Of a stretch of DNA of 64,000 bases, positions 48,366 to 60,100 are shown piece after piece. Source of the DNA: Laetmonice hystrix (lineage: Eukaryota); NCBI GenBank assembly GCA_965235115.1, contig OZ249436.1, forward strand, positions 12,712,001 through 12,776,000, read 5' to 3'. The notes beneath the pieces were generated by a model. The model ran no database searches. It saw nothing but the letters and a program-made list of their open reading frames with translations, and was not told where the DNA came from. Both the position numbers and the translations under genes were made by a program. Each line of letters starts with the position of its first letter. Position 1 is the first letter of the stretch.

Positions 48366-51300
48366 AACAAATTCTGTATTGTCCCCAGTTGGAGTGTTGA
48401 CGTCGTTGTTCATCTTGATATCTATGTGGTACTTCTCTTTACGTTCGGGTAAGATGCTTGCGAATGGGATCTGGATGAAACAGGTTTTTTTATTTATCCC
48501 TCTCCTATGTTGTTCAGTGCTGCCTCTGTAGATGGATTCATGAGAAACGAATCTTTGTCATGTTTGCCCACATGTTCTTCAGCTCAATTGATAAAAATGT
48601 GTAACTTTACCATTCTTTCAAACATCAAGGCTAAATCCCAACTTTAATTGTGATATTTGGTGAAACCCTAATGCATTGTTGAGCCATAATAGTATTTGGT
48701 GTACAAAAGGGTTTTTTGGGGTCAGTTTATGACCAGTGTCATTTGAAAAAAACTGTAGAGACCAATTTTTATACATGTAATTGTAAAGCAGGGGGTTCCT
48801 GTTGATGACTAACAAAAAAGGTTAGCTTATCCAAAATTGGAGATTGAGTGTAATTCTAAGTAGCGTTTCACAATACAAAGTTTAATGCCTATTGTTGGAA
48901 CTGTTACTGGTGTGGTGTGTATGAGGAGGGAGACAAGTTGGTATGCCAGCAGTCTTGTTGAAATGATTGCAACTTTTTCCAGCAGCTGCCGTGGTGGAAC
49001 CCCGTTTCCCTAGATTGGGCTTCTTCTTCCATTTGTACTTTCATTTTCTCTTGGTCTTACTATAGTGCCAGTCACAGCTGGAAGTGGATGGTCCCCAAGT
49101 TTGGTAGCCCGCAGCTACATTCTTATTTGCAGATTTGTGCATTTTTCTGGATTTGGGTGTTAATGCGTTATATTCACAGTGACAGAAAATGGCCACACTC
49201 CCTGTCTAGGTGATTCTGCTACATTTAATGTTTCTAGCTCTTAGTATGGTCCACTAAATGTCAGCGGTTTTCCAGCTTCTCTGCGGGCTACCACGTATTA
49301 CTGATAGATACAGACTTTTCATCTTGTAACCGCACTTGGATACCAGGTGAAAAGCAAAAAATCAAGACTTGTTCTTGCGGGTATTGACGTCTTCACTGAT
49401 ATCTACATGTATAATTTGTGCTGTCCATGTTGTGTCTGGTTGTGTTGCATGGTGGCGGTGTGGCATTTATCCACCCTTTTTCTCATCACGTTGTGGCGGT
49501 GGAGACAGTGCTCACGCTACCAGCACCACCACAGCGCTGTGTGCAGCATCTCCAGACGATTGGGTCCTCTTGGGTACAGGCTTAATCCTGTAAGCAATCA
49601 TGTCTTTGGGTTGAGTTGGAGAGGTCTTTCCTGATGGTGATGACTTCAATGCAGAATACAAATAACCGGTATAGATATTCCCCCCCCCCATCCCGATTCA
49701 AACATTAAGCGACCATTATTGTTGATGCGTTATAGGAATATTTGTCAGAAAGGCACAATTATTTGCTATACTGACCTGTCGTTTATGCATGATTTGTGCT
49801 CCTCAGTAGAAATGTGACTGGTGAGAAGTGTTTATAAAAGTTATGTGTAGAAGTCATTCCTATTGGTCTTGATGGGCTTGGATGAAATATGGGTCAGACA
49901 TTGAAATATTTGATGTAGTACGATGCTGATCAGTTGAGAAAAAGCAGATTACTGTGTTGCTTTGCTGTTAATTTTGATGTAGCCTTGTTAGGAAATAAAT
50001 TGGGAGCAGATTACTTCTCTAGTTGGTCAGATATTGAAGGAATTTTGAATTTTGACAATCCTGCACAAAAACCTTTGTAGAAAAGCATTTGCTATTGAAG
50101 AGTTAGGCATAGTTAGATTGAGATATCGGATTGGTGGTGGAGGTGATTCAAAATTGTCAATCAGAACATGGAGATGGTTCAGGACACGTGGCCAGGGGTG
50201 AGGACCTACACTTCACAATCCCATCCAGACTGGGTTCCTCAACCTTTTTTGTTGATATGTGGAATAGTTGTCAGGTCTGCTTAATTATATACATCATGTA
50301 TATATATGAAAATAACGTTACAGGTCGTTAAAAATACATATTAGTTGGTAGCTTTCGTCCACAGTGTATAACTTAATATATATTGTTATATGTGTATGAC
50401 TCCCATTGCACAGGTAGATGTAGTAGACTCATGTGCAGAGTTCAATCCAGCGGCTAAAAGGAGAAAGATTTCTGTGGAGTTTTTTGCACAATATGGTATT
50501 TTTTCATCTTGGCGTTTGGCTCTTTGTTGAAATATAATAGAAACTGGTTAGAAAGTTCTGGATTGAACACTGATAGTTAACATTTAATCTGTAAGTGGTA
50601 GCCATGTCCTTTTAAGTCATGGCAGTCTTTATTTTCTGGTGGAGGGGATCCGTACCTTTGCTTCTGCTTCTAGTTCAGGTGAATCAAGGTCTTCATATTT
50701 AAGTGGCTGGAAAAAAAGAGCTACAAAACGTTCCCTTTTCTGTTTAAGGCGGATAGCTTGTGAAATTGCAGTGCATATATTCCAACTTACAAGGGATCTG
50801 AGATGTGGTTGCTTTTTCTAACATTGTGTCACTTTTGTGTCCTGCACGAAGCTATTTGTCATGGTGATGATGCTAATGCTGACTTTTGACAATGACTTGT
50901 TCCAAGCAGCAGTGGCTGCTCAACACATGGGTTGACTCTGGCACATGCTGGTACTATTGTACCTGTCATTCAGACTTCACTGCCTCGAATCCATCACTGC
51001 TTGAGTCAAGTCATGCTGTTCAATGTAGCATTAATATTTTGTCTTTATTTATGTTTGCCAGAAGGCAGGATTGTCGTTGCGTTTTCTGTCCACTACACAT
51101 CAGGTGGTGATGAGTGACCCGAGCCTCTGCTCAGTTCTACTTCTGTGACACTGACAGGCTTACAGTTTTGCTGGTAGGGCGGTCGGCTCGCTCTCTAGTT
51201 CGACCCGTGTGGGGTGGTTTGCAGAGCAAGCATTGCTATTGCGAGTGAAATGGCGATGTCTACTGATTTATGTCAGAGTAACATGATATGGAATATACAA

Positions 51301-52960
51301 TAGGCAGACAGTCGAAGGAAGAAGCAGTAAGTACTTCCATCTCTCTTGTTTGCTTTTGTTCCTCCTCTCTATGTCTGTCACTGTCCACTGGCCAGGTCAC
51401 AGACAGGAAAGCTGGCTCCATTTACATCAGCCAACTCACAAGTCACCAGCGCCTCTGGGCACCCATTGTAGAAACTGGAAACTACCTGCTAGGTGGCCCA
51501 GTAATTTTTTTTAAGATTCTAGTTTGAGAACTATCTGTACTTAGTGATCTTGGCTTGTATTTTCTGCTATGACGCTTCATGCGCCATTCGTGTGATAGTG
51601 CAATCAGTTACCAATAGGAAAATCCCTCTGTCTTGGCAAACATTGGCTACTAAACATTAAAAGATTAAGAGATGACATGTCACAGCTACAGCACGTCGAC
51701 ATTCAGAAATGTGTGATAATTTCTTCAGTCTGTTCAAATGGTGTGAAAGGGCAGTTCACTCCTCCACATATCAATTCCAAGTAATGTTTAATTTAACTTG
51801 TTAAAAGTTAATAGTTTGTGTGCATTTCTTTTCATCTGTGTTACATTCCTTTAAAAATTGCCACCTCTTGCTTATGGTTTTTCAAAAAGTTTTCAGAAAG
51901 TTGATGCTTTGTCTTTGGTTGTGTCATTGTTGGAAATTGTGTGAATTCAACACAACCCCTTCTTTCATGTTACCATGGCAACATGCATAATCTCAGCTAG
52001 ATTGTTGTAACATTTTGCTGCAAACGAGTAGGATTGGAGTCCGGACAGTGGAGTTTTGGCTTAACTGGTGGACTTTTTCCTTGTCTGTTCCCTTGTTATC
52101 AGAGAATGTTTGGATCGATATGATGTTGCCAGGTAATGTGCTATAATGCTGGAGTTGTATGTTTTCAGCTCGTGAGAAGAGTTCATTATTGGAAAATGCT
52201 GTGGATGATAGGTGTTTTATTGCTTTCTATACTAAGGTCTTAAGGCACAACCTTTCTTTCCATTTGTAAATGACATCAAGAAATCAGATATCAGAGGTCT
52301 CACTGCGAGTCATTCACTTGAAGGTGTTTATTTTGTCAGCCTAGAAATAATATGATAGAAAAAAAGATATGTGAAAAAAGTCGGTGAAATAAATTTGAAA
52401 CCTATGTAAAATGGTAAGCCTGTTGTAGTTTACTAAACGCTTAAATGTATTTTTTAATAAGAATAGTCCCAAGATTTTCTTTTGCAATGGCAATGCAAGT
52501 TACAAAATTATACCACTCTATTTTAGAGATAGGTATCTAGCAAAAACGATCCAAATCTTTATACATGTAGTATTAGACAGTGGAGTTGGCAGTCTCCCAA
52601 CAATGTTTCAGTACCGGGTAATTATAGTAGATTATGTAGACTATAGTAAGTGTGAATTACCATAAATAGCCATATGTATACAAAACTTTCTAGTCCTTGC
52701 ACTGGTAAAGTAGGATTTTACTGGGCCATTTATCAGCATTTTCACCTTGGAGCACCTAATAAAGTCCTGTCCATTAAGAGGTTTGCAAACACAACCTCAA
52801 ACCTTTGGTACGGATATAAAGCATAACTTCTTTTTAGGTTTGCACAGAAGTCAAGTGGCATTGGTGCCCCCCAACTGTCCAGACCGCGAATTGCAGACGA
52901 GAGAAATTATCCCTCTGCCATGGATCTGAAGGTGAGGCGTGGGGAATGTCAAGGTCTCAG

Positions 52961-53097
52961 GGGCCCGTTTCACTAAACACTCGTATTTTACGAGCTCGTA
53001 TTTTCTATAGATTAGAATAGCAAAATTTACGAGTTTTTGCTTCTTTACGAGCTATAAGGCCATATACGAGCTCGTACAGTCTTAGTAAAACGGGCCC
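52961..53097. mobile_element. short Harbinger-like MITE
   Basis: GGGCCCGTTT..CTAA / TTAG..AAACGGGCCC flanked by CAG/CTG; TACGAG repeats. Confidence 0.8.
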
Positions 53098-54686
53098 CTG
53101 GGCACTCAATCACAATTGATTGGCTACTGAAAATATATTTTTGTATGATACCATGTAAAATATTCATCCATAAGTCTCTGTGGGATTTTGTCTTTCCAGT
53201 ATTCTTAAGGTCAAGGGTCACCATTATGTGGAAACGCAGTTCAGCAGAAGAGCTTAGCATTAGTATATTTTCACTAATGTATAGTGTGTATGACAAAAGG
53301 TTGCATTTGCTATGTTTCAGAAAAGGAGCCAGGACTTTCCCAACCATTCCACAAAGTTGGACTAACTGGTAACAAATTCTGATCAGATTTGACCAAGGCA
53401 GTTGGTGAAATCTTTGGTTCCGAGTCCCGCAATGATGGGTTTGCGGTGAAGAGCTACAGGCCAGTACTCTGCGTGACGCTACAAACCAGCAAAACATACA
53501 CAACACCTCTGTCAGAGGCGCAGCCATGCGAGTTGTACTGTAGTGAAACTTTCAATTCCTCGAGTCAATCACGGTTGGTTTATGCCAACAATATTATTTC
53601 ACATTGACTGAAGTAACTCCAGTGGCAGCAAGTGAACCACTGCAATCAGAATGGCCCATATGGACTTGCACAGATGTGGATCACTCAGCGAATCCAAGAG
53701 TTCACTTTGATGTTTTTATTAAAACTGATTTCTAGAATGGAATATTGTTGTTTTTTGTTTAGTAATTGTGTTCATTTCTTTAATGGTCATCTTATCAGGT
53801 TCAAAAGATCTAATGGGTACATTTTTTCTGAATCCAGTTCTTTATCCGACATCTGTACTGGCCCTTGTGTAAAATCGCAATTAATAAATTTATTGTCCAC
53901 GTTTAGAAATGAAAGTGCTGAAATTTTCCATAAACTTCCCCGTCAGATTATCATTATCTAGCGACATTATACTTGGTGCTGTCTTTGACGGCTACGACAC
54001 AAACGCCATTTCTTTGTGAATTTATATATCCTAGAGTCCATAATGCACTCAACCAAGCCTTTGCTGAATTTTTGTCAGAGTTTGTAACCATCAAAGTCTT
54101 TTCTAGCAATGCAAAGGCCCGCATACACAGGCGCAGTTTTAGTTGCAGACAGTCACAGACTAACCAGTTGTGAAGTCGTAGGTTATTTGACGTGCTAAAA
54201 AAAATTCGACTGACTGTTTTGTCCCGTTAGTTGCAGTCGTAGCCTATAGGCCTATTGTACATGTATGCACGCCCAACGAGTCGCGACTGGTTGTGGAGCG
54301 TTGGCTGTGTGATCAACCAATCATGTTCGGTCATGTGACTGTCACTACTCACTCTGTGGCAACATGGCGGGAATAAAGTTATTGTTAACATGTTGATTTA
54401 CCCTTAAGTTTTCACTCCACAACCGCCATCTAAAAAAACTTCAGATTCAGACACTACCCCTTCTCATGTAACCGTAGTAATATTAAAGAACAGTATCTAA
54501 TGTGGATGGTTAACTTTATAGCACCTGAAGGCCAGTTGCCCTGAGAAGTTTTAATATGGTTGTACACAGAAAGTTTTCCACACCAATAATAACGCCTGTA
54601 AGTACACCGGGCGGTCAGTCTGGAACACGTTTGCAACTACATGTATACCACCAACTGTTTATTCAGCAACTGTCTGTGAGTGTGAC

Positions 54687-54901
54687 TATAGTCTGTTCAC
54701 TCTGAGAAGAGCTTGACCTCGGCCTCATTAAAGCTATTACTTCATTTGGGGTAATAAAGAACCACGTGGAATTTGGTCATATTCTTGAATGACAGGCGGC
54801 GATGACTTGTGATACGCCAGCTGTGGGTAGACGGGAGGAGGGGGGCAGGTCAGAGCTTTAATGAGGCCGAAGTCGAGCTCTTCTTAGAGCGAACAGACCA
54901 T
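54687..54901. mobile_element. hairpin MITE with ~50-bp imperfect TIRs
   Basis: TAGTCTGTTCACTCTGAGAAGAGCTTGACCTCGGCCTCATTAAAGCT vs AGCTTTAATGAGGCCGAAGTCGAGCTCTTCTTAGAGCGAACAGACCA. Confidence 0.8.
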
Positions 54902-55739
54902 AAACAGTTGTGCGTGTTTGGCGGCCTTAAAATCCAAATGACTTTCTAAAAATGGCCTTTTTTCAACCAAGACAATTTATTGCTTATACACGCCGCAAGG
55001 TGGCCTTAGGGGAGATGACCTACAATATGTGCAGCCATTTCAATGGCTGAATACAGGTAAATGAGAGAACGGCACACATTTCTGGTGGGTGGATAGTATT
55101 CATTTTGATGTAGGCTACATCACTGTACTGCAGACAGTCTTTAATAAAAAATTTAATTGGTACCATTTATGTTAAATTAGAATGTATCATCCATTAGTCA
55201 AGGACAGGCTAGTGATAGAAACTACATATTAATTTATCTAGTATCAGTTGAAGAAAAATATCTCATTCCACATTATCATGATTATGCCTCACACCATTCT
55301 TGTTTTCATGCCCCACAGTAATGTTTTGTCAGGACATATTTCTTTTTGCAAAATCCGCAAGAGCTATAAATCACTCTCGAAGCATTGGCATCGGGAGCTT
55401 TTCACACCCGAAAAATTAGCTCCCCAAGAAATGTCTTCGGAAGTGATTTAGTTGTAGTCAAAGTGCGACCATTGAGTGACACATAGTGAGGCATTGACAG
55501 GTGCCGAGTATCACCGGTTTTGTACTGTCTAGCATGAATTAGTTTGCTCCCTAACTTCAACCTACAGATACATTATGTCACGTTTTTCCTATCACTGCTA
55601 CTGCTATCCAGTCCTCAGTTTGAAAAAAAAAAATTCTATGGAGCGTGATTAATCGTGCCCCATGATCACATTTTACCAGCGCAATTGAGCGCGAGCGTGA
55701 TCGCGCCCGATTAAAAGGAAAGCCTGATATTTCATAACA

Positions 55740-55745
55740 TTTATT
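55740..55745 (-). terminator. candidate polyadenylation signal of DET1
   Basis: AATAAA on the minus strand about 390 nt after the stop. Confidence 0.45.
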
Positions 55746-56135
55746 CTGTACTATGTACACAAAGTAAAAAACTCAAGTACTGATGATTTGGCACTAGTAT
55801 TTTGGTGAATCTTGCTCAAATGTGTATCTACATGATGGTTACCGCAGTAGCATAGGGATCATAAGACAGGTATAACCCAAGGATCTCTTTTTTTAAACAC
55901 ATGACAAACTGAGTTAAATTCTATCTTATCTAACAATATTACACGAAACAAAAATGTTCGTAACATTTGTACAGATCAGCTAACCCACAGGAACATTTGC
56001 TCATCATACATTTGACTGTCCAAAGTCAGTAATATTCGTGTATTCAGTAGAAATGTCATTTCATGTTAACTGGCTTGTAAGGAAGGTGGTCAGCACAGAG
56101 AAACAAATACAAGTAGCGGAGAGTAACATAAATTC

Positions 56136-56325
56136 CTAAACATTACAGTGACGTATATGGAAGTTAACAACATATTCTTGATTTGTTCGTTGTACACTGA
56201 TAGCAAAAGGCTCACGAGGATGAAAGGTAAAGGCCACCAAACGGCGTGCTGTTGGGGGCGGATTTTTTCCCAGCAATCCAGCATAGATCTTGAACTTCAA
56301 CAGGCCTGAATCACGAGCATAGAAC
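56136..56325 (-). CDS. DET1: DET1 last coding exon
   Basis: ttattgcag acceptor; [16 protein letters not shown]...HIRHCNV*. Confidence 0.95.
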
Positions 56326-58436
56326 CTGCAATAAAACCAATGCACTCATGTTTTATTGTGTAAAACTGCCTCTACTGTTCTAAGTTACAATGTAATATGG
56401 TACATTACCTGACTTTGGCATTACTAAGTGTAAAACTATTTCTTTTCCACAGACTGTTTGAAAATCGCCTTCGTTGGAAGTTATGTGAAAATAAATATTG
56501 ATTTTAAAAGGATTTTAAGTGATATAGGTGGAATTCTTCTAATAAAATCCACTTTGAATAGCAACCAATACCACAGAAAGTGAAGAACTGCTTCAAAATG
56601 TGATTTGTCAAGCACTGTAGAGGAATAGATAGGTAAAAGGACCTCGCAAAAGTCTGCCAAGATAATCAAGACATGCCTCAATTGAAAATGACGCAGTCAG
56701 TGGGTAGCCAATTAGAGGTATAATGTCTACCTTTTTTAAAAAGTAGGTCTGCATTATTTTTGCGCATTTTAGGGCAAACTGAGATACTCTGGCACTTCAT
56801 GCGAGCAAGTACAATGTCATGTACATGATACCTGTACTACATTTATCTCTGCAAATACAAAGTAAAGCATATTTTCCTTATAGAAAACCTACCTGATGGG
56901 ATGGTCTCCACAGGCCTTTGGCCTCTCCATGACTGACACCCATTTGTCATCGTAACTGAACAGGGACAGATCCAGGTATGGGCTACTAGAGTAGGACTGA
57001 GCACTGATGGGTAGTTGGGCAAGCAACCTCTTTACTGCCTCAGTGTGCCCTCCAAATTTGGCATTGATGATTGTCTGTTTGAATCTCTGTTGAATCTGAC
57101 GTGCATGCAGGTTAGAAGATGCAGAGCATGTGAACTGAGCCTCACAATGTAAGGTAGCATTACGAAATAGATCACAAAAATTCTCAAAAAGATCCAGTAA
57201 CCGTTCAGATGTATTCTCATAGACAGCAAGCACTTCTGTGGTTACCATGTTGTAGACTACAAAGAATGAAGGCTGGGAATTTGGGTCTGAGATCCGCAAT
57301 GTTACAACATCCTCACTTGCATATTTGATTAAAAGATGGTTTTCATCAAGAAGCTGCATCTTCCACATTCGTAGATGCTGGAACTGAGTGAAGAACTGGT
57401 AGTACCTCAGGAGGGGCCTCTGTGTGCCTTCTTCCTCACTCTCATGGACAGCCCTCCAATATAAATGTACCATCAGCCGATGCTTCAGAGAATTCATGGT
57501 TGCCTCACTGAATGGACGTTCAGCATAATTATCTCGACCACTGCGATGCCCTGGTTGAGGGCCAATCATTGCTAACACAAGCTGGTCATCTTCGTAGCAA
57601 AATCTACCAATTGTTCGTACATCAATGAAGCTGCCATCTGGAGTCACCTGAAAGATGTGTATAGTTTGCTGCTGGACTGATAAAACAGCCAGTGTGTCTT
57701 TATACAGGTACAAGCCTTGATTGTGAGAAAGGAAAATTTTATCACATTTAAAATGACGACTATCACACAAACGTCCAGTTTCCATCTCTACTAGATGGAG
57801 TGTATAATCTTCAAGGGGAGATCTTGCATTGGGCGAGACAGATTCATTATTTCTGTACACATCAAAGAAGTATGGATATGGATCATCTGGAATATATACA
57901 GCTGATCCAACAATTACAAATTTCCCATCGTCTGTGAAAAGACTGCACTCTCTGTTGAGATGCTCTCCATTAGCTGCTACACTTGTAACATGTAAACGAT
58001 AGAAAAACCTTTCAAACAGTTTACTGCGGATTCTAAGAGATTCTTGGTCCGTGCCAGTTGCAGCGTATTCTCCAGTCACATTCTGGAGGAGATCCTCTGT
58101 AGCAGCAGGACCTTGAAACTCGTAAATCTCCAGTGAAGTCTGATCTGATGAAAAAGCAATGAAGTAGCGTCCGTCTGGAGAGAATTTGCGCAGAAAGCAT
58201 GGTGGCTTTTCTACATTTACTACAGTAAAATTGGGAAACACATTTGTGTGAAAAGACCTTGCAACATGAAAATGAGTTCCAGGTCTGGGTATGTTCATTT
58301 CCCTGTGGCGCAGACGATACACAACATTCTGTGGTGGTATTTTTCGCGGTTTGATGCCTATGTGTGGAGATGAGGCTCTTGCAAAATCCACTGTTTCGGT
58401 GTCAATGCTGTCGAGCCAGTCACTCTTCTTATCCAT
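56136..58436 (-). CDS. DET1: DET1 homolog (de-etiolated 1; CUL4-DDB1-COP1 adaptor), 577 aa; coding exons 58436-56893 and 56325-56136
   Basis: [90 protein letters not shown], then phase-2 GT-AG intron, then [13 protein letters not shown]...[28 protein letters not shown]. Confidence 0.97.
56893..58436 (-). CDS. DET1: DET1 large coding exon
   Basis: acagccATGG start; 1544-nt open frame; AG/GTAGGT donor. Confidence 0.95.
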
Positions 58437-58830
58437 GGCTGTAACTGAAATCAATGTGAAAATAAGTTGTGGTACTGGTAATTGAATCATTACGGGCAAA
58501 GTGAAAATTTTAATGCAAAAGAAGTGTTGCACTCTCAGAATGTTTCCTAATTTATGCAATTCAGCTGTTTTGCGCTAGGTTGGTAGGTTGGCTGTTTCCA
58601 GACTGGGGTACCTGTTAAGTCCTTCGACTAGGTGGGACGACCATTAGAATACCAACGGGGGATCCCTAATATTGATAGAAAAATGATGGAAACAAATATG
58701 AATATAATATTTTACCAATAACGTTATAAACATTTTAAAAAGTCTGTAAACTGGGTCATTTCACGTTTTTCCAGAAACGTTTTTAAAACTTTTTAATGTA
58801 CCAGTGAGAACAATAATCTAAGCAACAATA

Positions 58831-58980
58831 ACACAATAACACATGTAGTGACATTGGCAACGGTGTTAGTCAACTTTGACTAATGTTTCACTAAGTCTTA
58901 GTAAAACACAATAACACATAGTGACATTGACGACGGTGTTAGTCAACTTTGACTAATGTTTCACTAAGTCTTAGTAAAAC
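58831..58980. repeat. ~74-bp tandem duplication, each unit with two short hairpins
   Basis: ACACAATAACACAT..GTGACATTG..ACGGTGTTAGTCAACTTTGACTAATGTTTCACTAAGTCTTAGTAAAAC twice. Confidence 0.9.
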
Positions 58981-59495
58981 TTAGTCTTATAGTTATATAG
59001 TATAGTACTAGTTAGTAGATCTAGTCGAAAATGGGGAAAAACAGTTTGATTAATAATGGTCATGACATAGCGGGGGAAAAAAGAGAGCTTCGGCCTGGGG
59101 GCAACAAAAAAGTTTGCTCATGAAGAAAAAAGTTTGCTCATGTCATAAAAACCCTTAGCCCCCCCCCCCCCCCCCCCCACCAGATCCTCTTCCAGTCTCG
59201 GATGGTAGTTTGGTACTGTGTGCGGTAGGCTAACGCTAACGTAGTAACTGTAACGGCGTCTCGACCGAGTGTACAGGGATGAGCTTGGCAAGTACAACAT
59301 AAATACACCACCCTCCAAATACTATACCCGATGGCGCACAACCCATAAACTAGGAGAATGTCAGGGCTGCAACGTACCCCTGTCCGTACTGACGGTGCAC
59401 ATGATGACATGGATGATAACTTCGATCCACGCACTGTCGCGACTTCCTGTTTTCAGACTTTTCGAACTTTTCTATCTCCATTAGAAGAGTGCGTC

Positions 59496-59784
59496 ACTTA
59501 CCTTAGACTCAATGGTACGAATTTTCAATAAAAGAGACTAGATCTAGACAGACTATTTTCTGTGTATGTACATTCATTAGCAGGCATTATAAAATGATAA
59601 AAGTAGCCATATAGTTTAGAGTAGGGGTTATTTCTCCAACATTAGTCAAAACCCAACTAGCTAATCTTGTTTCCAGACTGGGGTAACCCACGCAGCAGCC
59701 ATTTTGACCGGTGTTCGTGCAAGGGACAAGGAGCGGGATCGTCAGTCACAGATACATCACTGATCAGATATTCTCCAGGTATGT
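59496..59784. promoter_or_regulatory. candidate bidirectional promoter: DET1 5'-UTR exon (minus, donor 59501) and an unidentified plus-strand first exon (donor 59779)
   Basis: Minus AAG/GTAAGT at 59501; plus YY1-like GCCATTTT 59698-59705 and CAG/GTATGT at 59779; CpG-richer surroundings. Confidence 0.4.
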
Positions 59785-60100
59785 TTTCCTTTTGTATTAT
59801 GGAAACCTCTTTGTAGGAGAAAGGAACGTGATTTGTCCTCTACATTATCCCTACCATTTTTTTTACGCGTACCAATCTAATCAGACTAATATGAACGCGA
59901 CCATGCGACGCCACACTCACACTCACGGTCACAGACACAGCCACAACGAACGAACGAGTTACAACTTTGATGTTAGATAGAATCTAGATCTACAAAGTTA
60001 AAGTTAGTTACGGTTACTACACTACAGTCGAGTTAGGCTTAGGCCACCAGGCCAGGGTGTAGGCCCCCTGCATTACTGGGCTTACTCATTCAGTGTGTCA

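Noticed and set aside
58437..58559. N-terminal extension of DET1 in the ORF track
   Set aside because: Starts at TTG, shows no DET1-like sequence, and splice acceptors lie just before ATG 58436; treated as intron.
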